A DNA stretch of 64,000 bases from Octopus sinensis. Lineage: Eukaryota. Within the stretch, counting starts at the first letter, position 1. Every line of letters starts with the position of its first letter. A model generated the notes under the pieces. That model saw nothing but the letters and a program-made list of their open reading frames with translations, was not told the DNA's origin and ran no database searches. The position numbers were made by a program, and so were the translations under genes. The stretch covers positions 10,168,001 through 10,232,000 of the forward strand of contig NC_043014.1 of assembly GCF_006345805.1 (NCBI RefSeq), in the 5' to 3' direction. Shown in pieces: positions 11,401 through 22,990 of this stretch.

Positions 11401-11745
11401 CATTGGGTCATCCGATAAATAATGAGGTTTTTTATACTTCTTTTATTTCTCAAAATTAAGACAAAGAAAACTCTTCTGCCTCCACCTGTTCTGACATTTT
11501 TTCTTTTCAACGAGTACATGTTATAGGTGATCGCTTTCTTCTCCATCCTCTCCATAATTCCTTTGAGGAGCGACATCATAACGTTGCTGCCCTCCTACTG
11601 AGACATCTTCTCATACTCCTTCAGACCAGCGAAGTCCAGCCCCCTTTGGTTCACCTCCATGGTTTCAGCAAACTCCCTGTCTTCAACACTCCGTCGATCT
11701 TTATCACCGCCCTTACCAGCTATTCCTCCTCCGACAATAGCTCAG
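11400..11745 (-). pseudogene. Degenerate coding-like fragment, possibly the C-terminus of a LINE ORF1
   Basis: One reading frame stays open through a single stop (..MEVNQRGLDFAGLKEYEKMSQ*EGSNVMMSLLKGIMERM..). The family assignment is weak. Confidence 0.25.
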
Positions 11746-12093
11746 ACCCGTCAAGGTCTGAGTACATCTTCTAACCAACACAAAAAGCTACGTCCGACTT
11801 ACAAAATCCAGACACCAAATAACTCGACGCATGCGCGGAAGCAAGTTCTTACCACACAGCCAAGCTTGAGATAACTAAAGAAGCTGATTTGAATAATAAC
11901 CACTTGCGTAAAACACTATGTCAAGCCAAATATTACCAAATAAGCGATATCTTCATTTAAACTTCTCCAAACGGATTAGACACTAGTCATCAGGCAAACA
12001 AACATGGTTGCTTTCATTTGTTGTCTTCATAAATTAAGACAAAACATAACGGGATAAGCTGAAGATCAGTTGAAAGATGTAAAATATTTACCT

Positions 12094-12893
12094 TCATCAT
12101 CATCATCGTTTAACGTCCGCTTTCCATGCTAGCATGGGTTGGACGGTTCAACTTGGGTCTGGGAAGCCCGAAGGCTGCACCAGGCCAGTCAGATCTGGCA
12201 GTGTTTCTACAGCTGGATGCCCTTCCTAACGCCAACCACTCTGAGAGTGTAGTGGGTGATTTTATGTGCTACCGACACAGGTGCCAGACGAGGCTGGCAA
12301 ACGGCCACGCTCGGATGGTGTTTTTTTATGTGCCACCGACACAGGTGCCAGACGAGGCTGGCGAACGGCCACGCTTGGATGGTGTTTTTTATGTGCCACC
12401 GACACAGGTGCCAGACGAGGCTGGCGAACGGCCACGCTTGGATGGTGTTTTTTATGTGCCACCGACACCGGTGCCAGACGAGGCTGGCGAACGGCCACGC
12501 TTGGATGGTGTTTTTTATGTGCCACCGACACAGGTGCCAGACGAGGCTGGCGAACGGCCACGATCGGATGGTGTTTGTTACGTGCCCACAGCACGGAGGC
12601 CAGTCGATGCGGTACTGGCTACGGCCACGTTCGGATGGTTTTCTTATGTGCAACCGGCACTGGTACCACAAAGATACAAATTCCATTGATGCTCATCTAT
12701 TTTGATTGGGTTTGATTTTCACTTGCCTCAACAGGTCTTCACAAGTGTCCCAAGAAGGAAGGTATGCACAGGTGGACTGACTACGTCCCAGGTAGGGGCC
12801 ACGGGTTATGGCCTCACTAGTCTTGCCGGGTCTTCTCACGCACAGCATACTTCCATAGGTCTCGGTCTCTAGTCATTTCCTTGGTGAGACCTC
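12094..12893 (-). mobile_element. 5'-truncated RTE-clade LINE (ORF C-terminus, long 3' UTR with 63-bp VNTR, (GAT)n tail)
   Basis: Minus strand GLTKEMTRDRDLWKYAVREKTRQD* (stop at 12817-12819) resembles an RTE ORF end. The (GAT)n tail is at 12094-12107. Confidence 0.7.
12261..12576. repeat. 63-bp tandem repeat, about 5 copies
   Basis: Unit TTTATGTGCCACCGACACAGGTGCCAGACGAGGCTGGCGAACGGCCACGCTTGGATGGTGTTT, seen as a 21-aa repeat in the ORF track. Confidence 0.95.
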
Positions 12894-12989
12894 ACTGAAT
12901 TCTGAGGCAGCTTAATAAACTGATTTCCAATATTCATAACTTACTCTCAAATAGGGAGTATATTACCAAATTTAAATCAAAGCCTAGCA

Positions 12990-13600
12990 ACTTTCATCAA
13001 ATCATAATTCGAAAGAAATACGATATGCAGTAACGGAACAAGACTTGAATCCATAAAAATATTTAACCACCCCACCAGAAAAATCTTAAAATTTACACCA
13101 GCCATAGACATTCTTGGATGACCTACCCTACATCTAAGCTATTTTATTGTCTGCATTTTAAATCCCCTATGAACCCACACGCGGAGTTTTATCCAAGGGG
13201 ATTTCCTGCCTCATCATCCCACTAAAACTGAACCAAATTGGTTGTTCTTCAGCTTTGAAGTAGTAATATTCTATATAATTCTTTTACGCGATTTATGAAT
13301 ATTGGCAATTAAATATTAGAACTGAAATGATAGAGAAGCCATTCCCAATAAATTCAATATAGACTTAATATTAGATGTTATCACACTCACCCTTGAGAAT
13401 AACACATTTGTCTTCAAAGAGAAAAACATCGTGAACTTGGACGCACGTTGATGAAAAGCAAGAATATTGCAGTTCCTGCAAAATCAGAAGTGGGACACTT
13501 GGAACAAAAACTGTAAAGGGTAGAGAAAAACTATGGCCATGAACTCGCAAGATATACCGGAAGGCATGTAAAGGAAAATGTCAGATATTTCTATACAGTA
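12990..13600 (+). pseudogene. Degenerate Penelope-like reverse transcriptase fragment
   Basis: ...FNIDLILDVITLTLENNTFVFKEK at about 13355-13425 matches the PLE RT segment (LxLxNNxFxF) that precedes the GxAMG motif. Multiple stops and frameshifts. Confidence 0.55.
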
Positions 13601-13637
13601 GTCAAATACGAAGCACTAGAAAAAAAAACGATAAACG

Positions 13638-13936
13638 TCGCCCTTTTCAAGCCTAGCCAGACTCATGGGCCCGGTTTCCCGGTTTCGGTGGCGTATGTGT
13701 TCCCCCAGCTGGACGGGACGCCAGTCCATCGCAGCATTACTCAAGAAATAGGAAGAAAGAGTGAGAAAACGGTGTGGCGAAAGAGTACCACAGGAGTCGC
13801 CACCACCCACTACCGGGCCCTCGTGAAGCTTTTAGGTGTTTTCGCTCAATAAACACAACGCCCGGTCTGGGAATCGAAACCGTGATCCTCCGACCGTGAA
13901 TCCGCTGCCCTAACCACTGGGCCATTGCGCCTCCAC
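13638..13936 (-). mobile_element. SINE family C, tail type 2
   Basis: C head and central domain, then TGCGATGGACTGGCGTCCCGTCCAGCTGGGG...GGCTAGGCTTGAAAAGGGCG. Confidence 0.9.
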
Positions 13937-14192
13937 GTTAAGCACTTTAGCAATTTGTTAATATTGCAACAGCATATATATTCACCTAAATAAGTACTTA
14001 TGATATTGTGAAAATACCAAATGGCATGTGAAACTCGGGCATTGTAACTAGTTATAATCATACCTAAAATATACTTGGTTTTAGTATTCTATAAATTTTG
14101 ATTGAGAAACACTGCAGTGTTTCTACAGCGATTTTTGTTAAAAACATCAATAAGTGCAATATACTAAATGTATTGCGCAACACAATGTTGTA

Positions 14193-14460
14193 CGAGTGAG
14201 TGCTGAAAATTTCCTGGCTTTAGGTAAAAGAAAATGCATGCGAATCACTTAATTGTGGTTTCATTCAACATATTCCCCTCTCAGATTCACACACTCACTG
14301 CAGCGGTCTTTCAGTTTTTCTAAGCCCTGTGAAAGAGCTCTTAAGATTGGGCCTCCAGCCAAGCATTTCCTGATACCATTAAAGCTAGGAACTACATATA
14401 TTTCATTTAATACTACATTCATTATAACTTCTTTAATAATTTTGGTTCTCTAGTCCTCGT
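14193..14460. mobile_element. Mariner-type MITE, degenerate
   Basis: TA|CGAG..GTGCTGAAAATTTCCTGGCTTTA left end; inverted TAAAGCTAGGAACT at 14380-14393 and CCTCG|TA at about 14455. Confidence 0.55.
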
Positions 14461-14829
14461 ATATACGATGTTTGTACAACTATTTACGCCTAGAACTATT
14501 TTAGAAAATACTTAAATAATATATGATAAATTGTCTGTGTTTTATTTTGATAAAATAGAGAAGAAACATTACACAGTTTAAATAACTGACACATTGATAA
14601 CAGGCCTTTTGTTGTCTTTTGTTTATAGTATAAGTGATGTTATTGCTAGTTTTTTTTTTAAATATTTATTTTGACGTTGATTAATTGGTAATATATAGCG
14701 TACAAAAAGTATATAAGAAAATTAAATAGACTTTCGCTTTGTTTTATAGTATTTCAGCAACGTAACAGTCCACGTATTTGTTTTAACAGTAGTACTTTAT
14801 CATTATCCTTCTAAAATTCTCATGTATAT

Positions 14830-15420
14830 AAGGCGGCGAGCTGGCAGAAACGTTAGCACGCCGGGCGAAATGCTTAGCAGTATTTCGTCTGCCGTTACGT
14901 TCTGAGTTCAAATTTCGCCGAGGTCGACTTTACCTTTCATCCTTTCGGGGTCGATTAAATAACTACCAGTTACGCACTGGGGTCGATGTAATCGACTTAA
15001 TACCTATGTCTGTCCATGTTTGTTCCCCTCTATGTTTAGCCCCTTGTGGGTAATAAAGAAATAGGTATTTCGTCTGTCTTTAAGTTCTGAGTTCAAATGC
15101 CGCCGATGTCGACTTTGCCTTTCATCCTTTCGGGGTCGATTAAATAACTACCAGTTACACACTGGGGTCGATATAATCGACTTAATCCATTTGTCCGTCC
15201 TTGTTTGTCCTCTCTGTGTTTAGCTCCTTGTGGGTAGTAAAGAAATAGGTATTTCGTCTGTCTTTACGTTCTGAATTCAAATTCCGCTGAGTTCGACGTT
15301 CTGAGTTCAAATTCCTTTCGGGTTCAATAAATTAAGCACCAGTTTTGTACTGGCATCGGTCTAATCGACTGACCTCCTCCCTCAAAATTTCGGGTCTTGA
15401 GCCTAGATTAGAAAAGAAAA
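14830..15420 (+). mobile_element. SINE family B, one head plus ~3 tandem body units
   Basis: AAGGCGGCGAGCTGGCAGAAACG head; the ~185-bp body repeats at junctions AAATAGG|TATTTCGTCTG. Confidence 0.9.
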
Positions 15421-16110
15421 TTTTCATGTATACACATAAGCCGCTCACACATGCACGCATACAAACGGTAACACAATGTACATGGCATGGTTCTGAGTAT
15501 TAATTCCTGAACTAGTTATGCATTTTAACGTTGGTCTTTAACAATATTAGGAAAATTTTAGAGGAATGTAAAAGTTAATTTTCTTTCAAAAATAATCATT
15601 ACGTTTGATATTTGCTTCAACACCCTTAATTAACGCTTTGATAGTCATCTCTGATTTAATTAGGAAAACCAACACTGATTTAGAAGAAGATTTAATTTTT
15701 CAAATGTAATTTTGGTTTTATTGCACTGTGTATTCATCTCGTATCCTAAAAAATATCGAAAGAGCAAACATTTATAACTTCACTAAAGATTCTATTTTAA
15801 GTGCCAATATTTTTCTTTTAAATGTATCATTTACTACTTTTTATCTCTTCACATCGTATTCCCAACACGTCTCAAAAGTCCTTTCATTGAAACGTAATGA
15901 AACATTATTTGTTCTCGAAATGCTTTCGAGAATTCTCAGTGTTTTCTTTCTGCCAATCAGCACTTTTTCTTTCATTCTCTCTAGCGACGTAATGAAAGTT
16001 TCGTCTCAAAAATAATTGTAATAACTGATCGCTTTTAATTTCAGTAAAGGTTCTATTTTAAAATGTCTAATACTTTTCTTTCAAACGTAAAATGACATCA
16101 GATTGGTTCC

Positions 16111-16342
16111 AAGGCGGCGAGCTGGCAGAAACGTTAGCACACCGGGCGAAATGCGTAGCCGTATTACGTCTGCCGTTACGTTCTGAGTTCAAATTCCGCC
16201 GAGGTCGACTTTGCCTTTCATCCTTTCGGGGTCGATAAATTAAGTACCAGCTACGCACTGGGGTCGATGTAATCGACTTAATCTGTTTGTCTGTCCTAGT
16301 TTGTCTCCTCTACGTTTAGCCCCTTGTGGGTAAGAAAGAAAC
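16111..16342 (+). mobile_element. SINE family B, monomer
   Basis: Head, B box GAGTTCAAATTCC and a single body unit. Confidence 0.9.
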
Positions 16343-16404
16343 AGATATCATATTGGTTTCAAATATGATATCATATTGGTTTCAAATTTTGACACAAGTT
16401 TAGC

Positions 16405-16545
16405 AACTGGTACTTATTTTGTGGGCCCCGGAAGAACAAAAGGCAATGTCGTCCTCGGCGGAATTTGAACTGAGAAGGTAAAAACTGACGAAGTTCTGCT
16501 AAGCACTCAGCCTGGTATGATAGCGATTCTGCCAGGTCTCCGTCT
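16405..16545 (-). mobile_element. SINE family B, degenerate 5' part
   Basis: GGCGGAATTTGAACT (reverse B box) and GATTCTGCCAG (reverse head). Confidence 0.65.
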
Positions 16546-16602
16546 GGTAACACAATATAATATTGCCAACACTCCCCCAAAGGATTTTATTTAAAACGTG
16601 GA

Positions 16603-16779
16603 GAAGCAGGAGTGGCTGTGTGGTAAGTAGCTTGTTTACCAGCCACATGGTTCCGGGTTCAGTCCCACTGCGAGGCACCTTTGGCAAGTGTCTTCTACTA
16701 TAGCCTCGGGCCGACCAAAGCCTTGTGAGTGAATTTGGTAGACGGAAACTGAAAGAAGCCCGTCGTATATATGTAAATG

Positions 16780-16812
<33 letters not shown>

Positions 16813-17021
16813 TTGTGTGTCTGAGTTTGTCCACCCCAACATCGCTTGACAACCGAAGCTGGAGTGTTTGTATCCCCGTCATTTAGCGGTTCGGCAAAAG
16901 AGACCGATAGTATAAGTACTGGGCTTACAAAGAATAAGTCCCGGAGTCGAGTTGCTCGATTAAAGGCGGTGCTCCAGCATGGCCGCAGTCAAATGACTGA
17001 AACAAGTAAAAGAGCAAAGAG
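16603..17021 (+). mobile_element. SINE family A, full length
   Basis: Aligns with the other A copies. Confidence 0.9.
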
Positions 17022-17264
17022 CAAGCAATATCTTTAGAATCTTTTCTTGACGTGCTTTTCGGATATGATTTGTTTACTAATATGAACATTTTAGAATTAT
17101 ATAATCCATGGGAACCTTGTGAAAACCTACCCTGAAAATCATTTTCATAAGTTTTAATTTCAGCAAAGGTTCTGTTTCAAACTGACCAATAGTTGTCTTT
17201 TAAATATGGCCTACACGTTTTGCTTTCCATGTAATTTGACAACATATATCCCATAAGGTTTACC

Positions 17265-17643
17265 GAGGCGCAATGGCCCAATGGTTAGGGCAGCGGACTC
17301 GCGGTCGTAGGATCGCGGTTTCGATTCCCAGACCGGGCATTGTGAGTGTTTATTGAGCGAAAACACCTAAAGCACCACGAGGCTCCGGCAGGGATGGTGG
17401 TGATCCCTGCTGTACTCTTTTACCACAACTTTCTCTCACTCTTACTTCCTGTTTCTGTTGTACCTGTATTTCAAAGGGCCGGCCTTGTCACTCTCTGTGT
17501 CACGTTGAATATCCCCGAGAACTACGTTAAGGGTACACGTGTCTGTGGAGTGCTCAGCCACTTACACGTTAATTTCACCAGCAGGCTGTTCCGTTCATTC
17601 GGATCAACCGGAACCCTCGTCGTCGTAACCGACGGAGTGCTTA
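17265..17643 (+). mobile_element. SINE family C, tail type 1, with 13-bp TSD
   Basis: TSD CATAAGGTTTACC at 17252-17264 and 17644-17656. Confidence 0.92.
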
Positions 17644-18249
17644 CATAAGGTTTACCACCACGAATAAAAACACACGCACTGGTGCAGTTTCACTTTTTAT
17701 TATTCCTTAATTATTTAACTATTTAGTTGACTGACGAATAGAATGTTTGATTAATCATTCGGTTAATTGATCAATCAGATGTGATATATCTGTACCGCAA
17801 ACCAACTCCAGTCCTTGCCTTCGAAGTCAATTGATAAGATATACTCCTAAACTTCCACAATCTTATTATTTAAATGTAGCAAAATATTATTTGTTCAGGA
17901 AAGGAACTTTGAAACTTTGAATAATCTATATGAAATAATCTATATCGACTTGAACGTTCTATATCAAACAATATATATTAGCTTAACCATTACTGTGCAC
18001 TAACAGTGTAAGCGTCTGAACGTTTACTGGAAAACAATGAGTCATCCTGGGAATCAATATTCAAATATAATTTCTGCTGTACATTCTAGTGCATTGAAAA
18101 CTTTGAAATGGTGAAAGTTCTAATTTTATTACGGAAATCTATACACGCCCCCCACACACCCCAATGCAAGCACACATACGTGCACACATGCATATACATA
18201 CATATCTATAAATACATATATCTATGCATATGAATATGTGTATGGGTAT

Positions 18250-18252
18250 ATT

Positions 18253-18298
<46 letters not shown>

Positions 18299-18500
18299 TA
18301 TATATATGTGTGTGTGTGTGTCTATGTGTGTGTGTGTGTGTGTGTGTGTCTGTGTGTCTATGTGTGTGTGTGTGTGTCTGTGTGTCTATGTGTGTGTGTA
18401 TGTGTGTGTGTATGTATGCATATATATATATATGTGTGTGTGTATGTACATGTGTAAATCTATAAATATAAATGTATATCTATCTATCTATCTATCTATC

Positions 18501-18559
<59 letters not shown>

Positions 18560-18692
18560 GTGTGTGTGTGTGTGTGTGTGTGTATCTATCTATATATATA
18601 TTCATATATATGTTATATGTATGTATGTATGGTATGTATGTATGTATGTATGTATGTATGTATGCATGTATGCATGTATGTATGTATGTATG

Positions 18693-18726
<34 letters not shown>

Positions 18727-18768
18727 TGTATGTATGCATGTATGTATGTATGCATGTATGTATGTATG

Positions 18769-18802
<34 letters not shown>

Positions 18803-18824
18803 TGTATTATGTATGTATGTATGA
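18250..18824. repeat. Large compound microsatellite (TA/TG/TCTA/TATG)
   Basis: Direct reading of the sequence. Confidence 0.95.
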
Positions 18825-19308
18825 ATAGAAATTCTCCAAAGCACCGTTTTGTCTCAAGAGAAAAGTGAGGTGAAAACGAAATAATAGCTTTGCTTCTTTC
18901 TTATAATTTTTTATAAAACATATAGTAACATCGAAATCCAATTTAAGTTTACTTAAGAAATATGTACATGTGTTAATGGAGGGTTCACTACGACATGTCC
19001 TACAGGGTTATTTTATTGATGGCGTTGAACGGAGTTATACTGAATTAAAGACAAATCGCTTATGAGTGCATTTGGTAAAGGAAAACTCTCTCTTTCTTTC
19101 TCTATTGCCTATTCATTTATGTATCTATCCATCCTTTACTTGTCTCTCTGTTTTCTCTCCTCTTTGATTTTCTCCCTCTCTTTCCCCCTTTTCCCCAAAA
19201 AACAAAAATATTTTTCTCCTCTTCTAAACAAAGCAAATTCATCCTATGTATATAACTGCACAACGAAACGTTCATTTATATATATATATATAATATATTA
19301 TATATATA

Positions 19309-19340
<32 letters not shown>

Positions 19341-19347
<7 letters not shown>

Positions 19348-20162
19348 GTAAAAATAATTACAGACATGGACAAGAACATGAAACACCACAGAGACGACAC
19401 AAGAACCACAGGACGGGACATTCGAAGCCCTCAGTCATCAGTCAAGAACCAGATCTTCTTAGCAATTTCGGCTGATTAATCTTGAGATTGCTCCGATTTG
19501 GGCAGCCCGCTAAGGGAAATCTAAGCCAAGCGCATTAGATCCCCTGGAAGAAAGCTTCGAATGTATACAACACGAGGACGGAAAACGAACGAAGTACACG
19601 AACAAAAATACAGAATACGTGACACCAATAAGAATACAAAACGTAAAAACAATAACGGTAAAAATAAAAAACAAAACAAAACCAGGACGTAGGACAAGGG
19701 TCTTTCGACAGGACGAGTTGAGTTTAGGGCTGGCTTATGAAGTTGTGCCTAATGGCCGCAGGGAGACGAACAAATACGTGTTGCTTCGGCGACTGCTGGA
19801 ACGAAAAGAGCGCTCAGCAGTGGCTAGCGGTCACGTGAGAACAAAAGACAGGAGAAAGGGACAGATGAAAAGAGAGAGAAGGTGGACGAGGGAGGAGAAG
19901 AAGAGACAGATCGAGGGGACTGGAGGTGAGAGAGATAGAGAAACGTAGAAGGGGGGGAAAGACGGATGGAGAGGGAAAGAAAGGAAGGGGAATAAGGGAG
20001 GAGAGAGAGAGAGAAAGAGACAGATCAAGAGTCGTATCAATGCTAGAGAAAAAATACTTATCGTATAAGACAATTGTGGATACGTAGCCGCCGATTATAT
20101 ATGTAAACAGTAAAAATAATTACAGACATGGACAAGAACATGAAACACCACAGAGACGACAC
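19341..20162. mobile_element. ~760-bp TA-anchored element with a terminal direct repeat (Penelope-like partial tandem?)
   Basis: GTAAACAGTAAAAATAATTACAGACATGGACAAGAACATGAAACACCACAGAGACGACACA occurs at 19341 and 20103, both preceded by TA runs; the second copy is cut by a SINE A. Confidence 0.5.
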
Positions 20163-20580
20163 AGGTGCAGGAGTGGCTGTGTGGTAAGTAGCTTGCTAAC
20201 CAGCCACATGGTTCCGGGTTCAGTCTCACTGCGTGGCATCTTGGGCACGTGTCTTCTGCTATAGCCCCGGGCCGACCAATGCCTTGTGAGTGGATTTGGT
20301 AGACGGAAACTGAAAGAAGCCTGTCGTATATATGTATATATATATATATATAAGTGTGTGTGAATATGTTTGTGTCTGTGTTTGTTCCCCTAGCATTGCT
20401 TGACAACCGATGCTGGTGTGTTTACGTCCCCGTAACTTAGCGGTTCGGCAAAACAGACCGATAGAATAAGTACTGGGCTTACAAAGAATAAGCCTCGGGG
20501 TCGATTTGCTCGACTAAAGGCGGTGCTCCAGCATGGCCGAAGTCAAATGACTGAAACAAGTAAAAAGAGTAAAAAAGAGT
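20163..20580 (+). mobile_element. SINE family A, full length
   Basis: Aligns with the other A copies. Confidence 0.9.
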
Positions 20581-20603
20581 ATATATATATTTATATATAT
20601 ATA

Positions 20604-20728
20604 TTCTTCGATTTTAATCGAGCCTTGACGTGTTCGATAAGCGAACGAAAGCGCTAATAAAGAATCGATCAATATTCTGACTGCATCCTTTTCCTCGATA
20701 TACAATATCTATACACCGCTTCAAACAT
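20604..20728 (+). mobile_element. Short TA-flanked element with degenerate hammerhead-like fold
   Basis: TTGACGT-GTTCG ATAAG CGAAC-GAA AGCGCT A at 20625-20656; (TA)n on both sides. Confidence 0.4.
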
Positions 20729-20736
20729 TATATATA

Positions 20737-20808
<72 letters not shown>

Positions 20809-20847
20809 TATTTTCATAAAGCTTCCCGTTATATATATATATATTAT

Positions 20848-20879
<32 letters not shown>

Positions 20880-20885
20880 CTTGTG

Positions 20886-21209
20886 GCACTCCGTCAGTTG
20901 CGACGACGAGGTTCCAGTTGATCCGATCAATGGAACAGACACGTGTACCCTTAACGTACTTCTGAATGAGATTCAGCCTGATATGGAGTGTCACAAGGCT
21001 GGCCCTTTGAAATACTGTTACAACAGAAACAGGAAGAAAATGTGAGAGAAGGTTGTGGGGAAAGATTCCAGCAGGGTTCGTCCCTAAGCCTTGAGGAGCT
21101 TTAGGTGTTTTCACTCAATATACACTCACAATGCCCGGTCTAAGAATCGAAACTCCGATGCTACGACAGCGAGACCGCTACCTTAACCACTGGACCATTG
21201 TGCCTCCAC
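20886..21209 (-). mobile_element. SINE family C, tail type 1, diverged with internal deletions
   Basis: GCACTCCGTC tail and CATTGTGCCTCCAC head are recognisable. Confidence 0.8.
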
Positions 21210-21289
21210 TATACATATACACACACGCACACACGCACACACGCACACACATACACAGAGCGCTGAAAAGTACAAGTTTTTCATGCACT

Positions 21290-21440
21290 CTCTGTATATT
21301 TTTCCCTTATTCCTTTCAGTTGTATATCTTATGCTCGAAAAGTAAAAGCCTTTTTCATTTTCCCCAAGCGTGAAACTAATACACTTGCTTTTGTTCCTAC
21401 ACCTGTCTTCATCTTTTGTTTCTCTATAAAATTTCACTGA
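21290..21440 (+). mobile_element. Family H1 element, degenerate copy
   Basis: CCTTTCAGTTGTATATCTTATGCTCGAAAAGTAAAAG...CTAATACACTTG...CACCTGTCTTC aligns with 58637-58761. Confidence 0.5.
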
Positions 21441-22149
21441 ATATATGCAACTAGAGACTTCTATCGCTATGTGTGACTGCGTGTCTGTTAAAAGGATATC
21501 GGTATATACTCACACATACATGTACACACTACCATGCACGCAAAGACAGCAGAAATACACCCCTGTAGAAAATACACAAACAAAATGCATACACCGCATA
21601 GTAAATGCTAAATTTAGCAAATCTATTAACTGATAGCATGGTATTATTTGATTTAGAATGTTACATCCAGGCAATTGCCTTTAATTTAAAACGATGTGAA
21701 AGGCGATGGGTATTAAGAAATTTTTAATGAAAGATGTACTCGTCGGGTAATGAAACCAAGGACAATAGAAATTTAAATAGCTATTAATGAGTAGTAATAC
21801 TGTTGGGAAGTGTTCTGCTAATAGAAATGATTATGGGTAGCTCAAGTAGCTAGATACTTAAAGTTGTTACAAATTAATACAACTGGTAATGATCTAAAAT
21901 CAGTAGACATTATTATAAAGAGAGAGGAAGATGGGACGTGATGCGAAATTATTAACGGTTGTAAAACTGTTATATTACTAAAGAAATGGAAACGCAAGTC
22001 GAGAGAGCATAAGTGTTACAAGAATAACATATACTCATATGCATGTTTTTCTTGGTCTGCTTCCTCACTGCTAACCTCAGTCACTCTCTGTCCTGCTCTC
22101 TCTATGAATATACATACATATATATATATATATAGATATATATATATAT

Positions 22150-22192
<43 letters not shown>

Positions 22193-22194
<2 letters not shown>

Positions 22195-22500
22195 GAAATA
22201 GAAAGATGAATAATCTTGTTGCAGATTAATCAAAAGTTTAACCGATACCTTGGTAGCAAAAATCACAGCAGAAGACAGCACGGTTGGAGGTACAACCATA
22301 TGGTGTTGCAACCGTGCGTTGGTGCGGATAATTGAATTTTAATATTATTAGTGAATTGAAGAAATGGAGTTGAACGAAGATTGAACAGAAATCGTATTAT
22401 TGCATTCTACACGTGTTTCGAAAGGCACAATTTACCAAATTCCGATTGAATAAGGAGACCATATTGTGTCTTCTCTTCAGGAAGAAATAGGAAATCCATT
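22193..22500 (-). mobile_element. ~310-bp TA-flanked element carrying a hammerhead motif
   Basis: Bounded by (TA)n on both sides; hammerhead at 22405-22483; a second hairpin GCACGGTTG...CAACCGTGC at about 22278-22318. Confidence 0.55.
22405..22483 (-). ncRNA. Candidate minimal type I hammerhead ribozyme
   Basis: UUC-CUGAAGA-GAAGACACAAU...AUUGUGCCUUUC-GAAA-CACGUGUA/GAA: intact core, long helix II closed by G-C, palindromic helix III (ACACGUGU), GUA triplet and a 3-bp helix I. Confidence 0.6.
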
Positions 22501-22759
22501 GTATATATATATATATATATAGATATATATATATATATATATAATATATATAATATATATATATATATATCTATATATCTATATACATATATACACATAT
22601 ATATATACATACAAATATTATATATATATATACAAAAAGTGGATGTTGCATAGAACATAATATTGCGATATGAGAGATTTTCTCTTGATAAATGTCGTAG
22701 TGTTTGAGAGCAATATTCACTTTCAAGGGATAAACATTTTACATTACACACACACGCAT

Positions 22760-22802
<43 letters not shown>

Positions 22803-22949
22803 TAGATAGATAGATATATATATACATATATATATGCATATATATATATACATATATATATATATTATATATATATATACATATATACACATATATATAT
22901 ATACATATATGTATGTATATATATGTATATATATATATATATATGTGTG

Positions 22950-22990
<41 letters not shown>
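22500..22990. repeat. Compound (TA)n microsatellite region with short unique inserts
   Basis: Direct reading; its right end abuts a partial H1 element (22985-23050). Confidence 0.85.

Noticed and set aside
11715-11742. AIVGGGIAG Rossmann-like motif on the minus strand
   Set aside because: It is immediately preceded by a stop, has no acceptor or preceding beta strand, and the downstream sequence is unlike a flavoprotein; probably chance.
12261-12576. CRISPR-like regular repeat array
   Set aside because: The units are contiguous with no unique spacers, there are no cas genes, and the context is a eukaryotic LINE UTR.
18224-18868. Long ORFs of Y/I/V/C/M/H/T repeats here and at 22.4-23.1, 28.4-29.9, 53.2-54.0, 55.9-56.3 and 60.8-61.5 kb
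   Set aside because: They are translations of stop-free TA/TG/TATG microsatellites, not genes.
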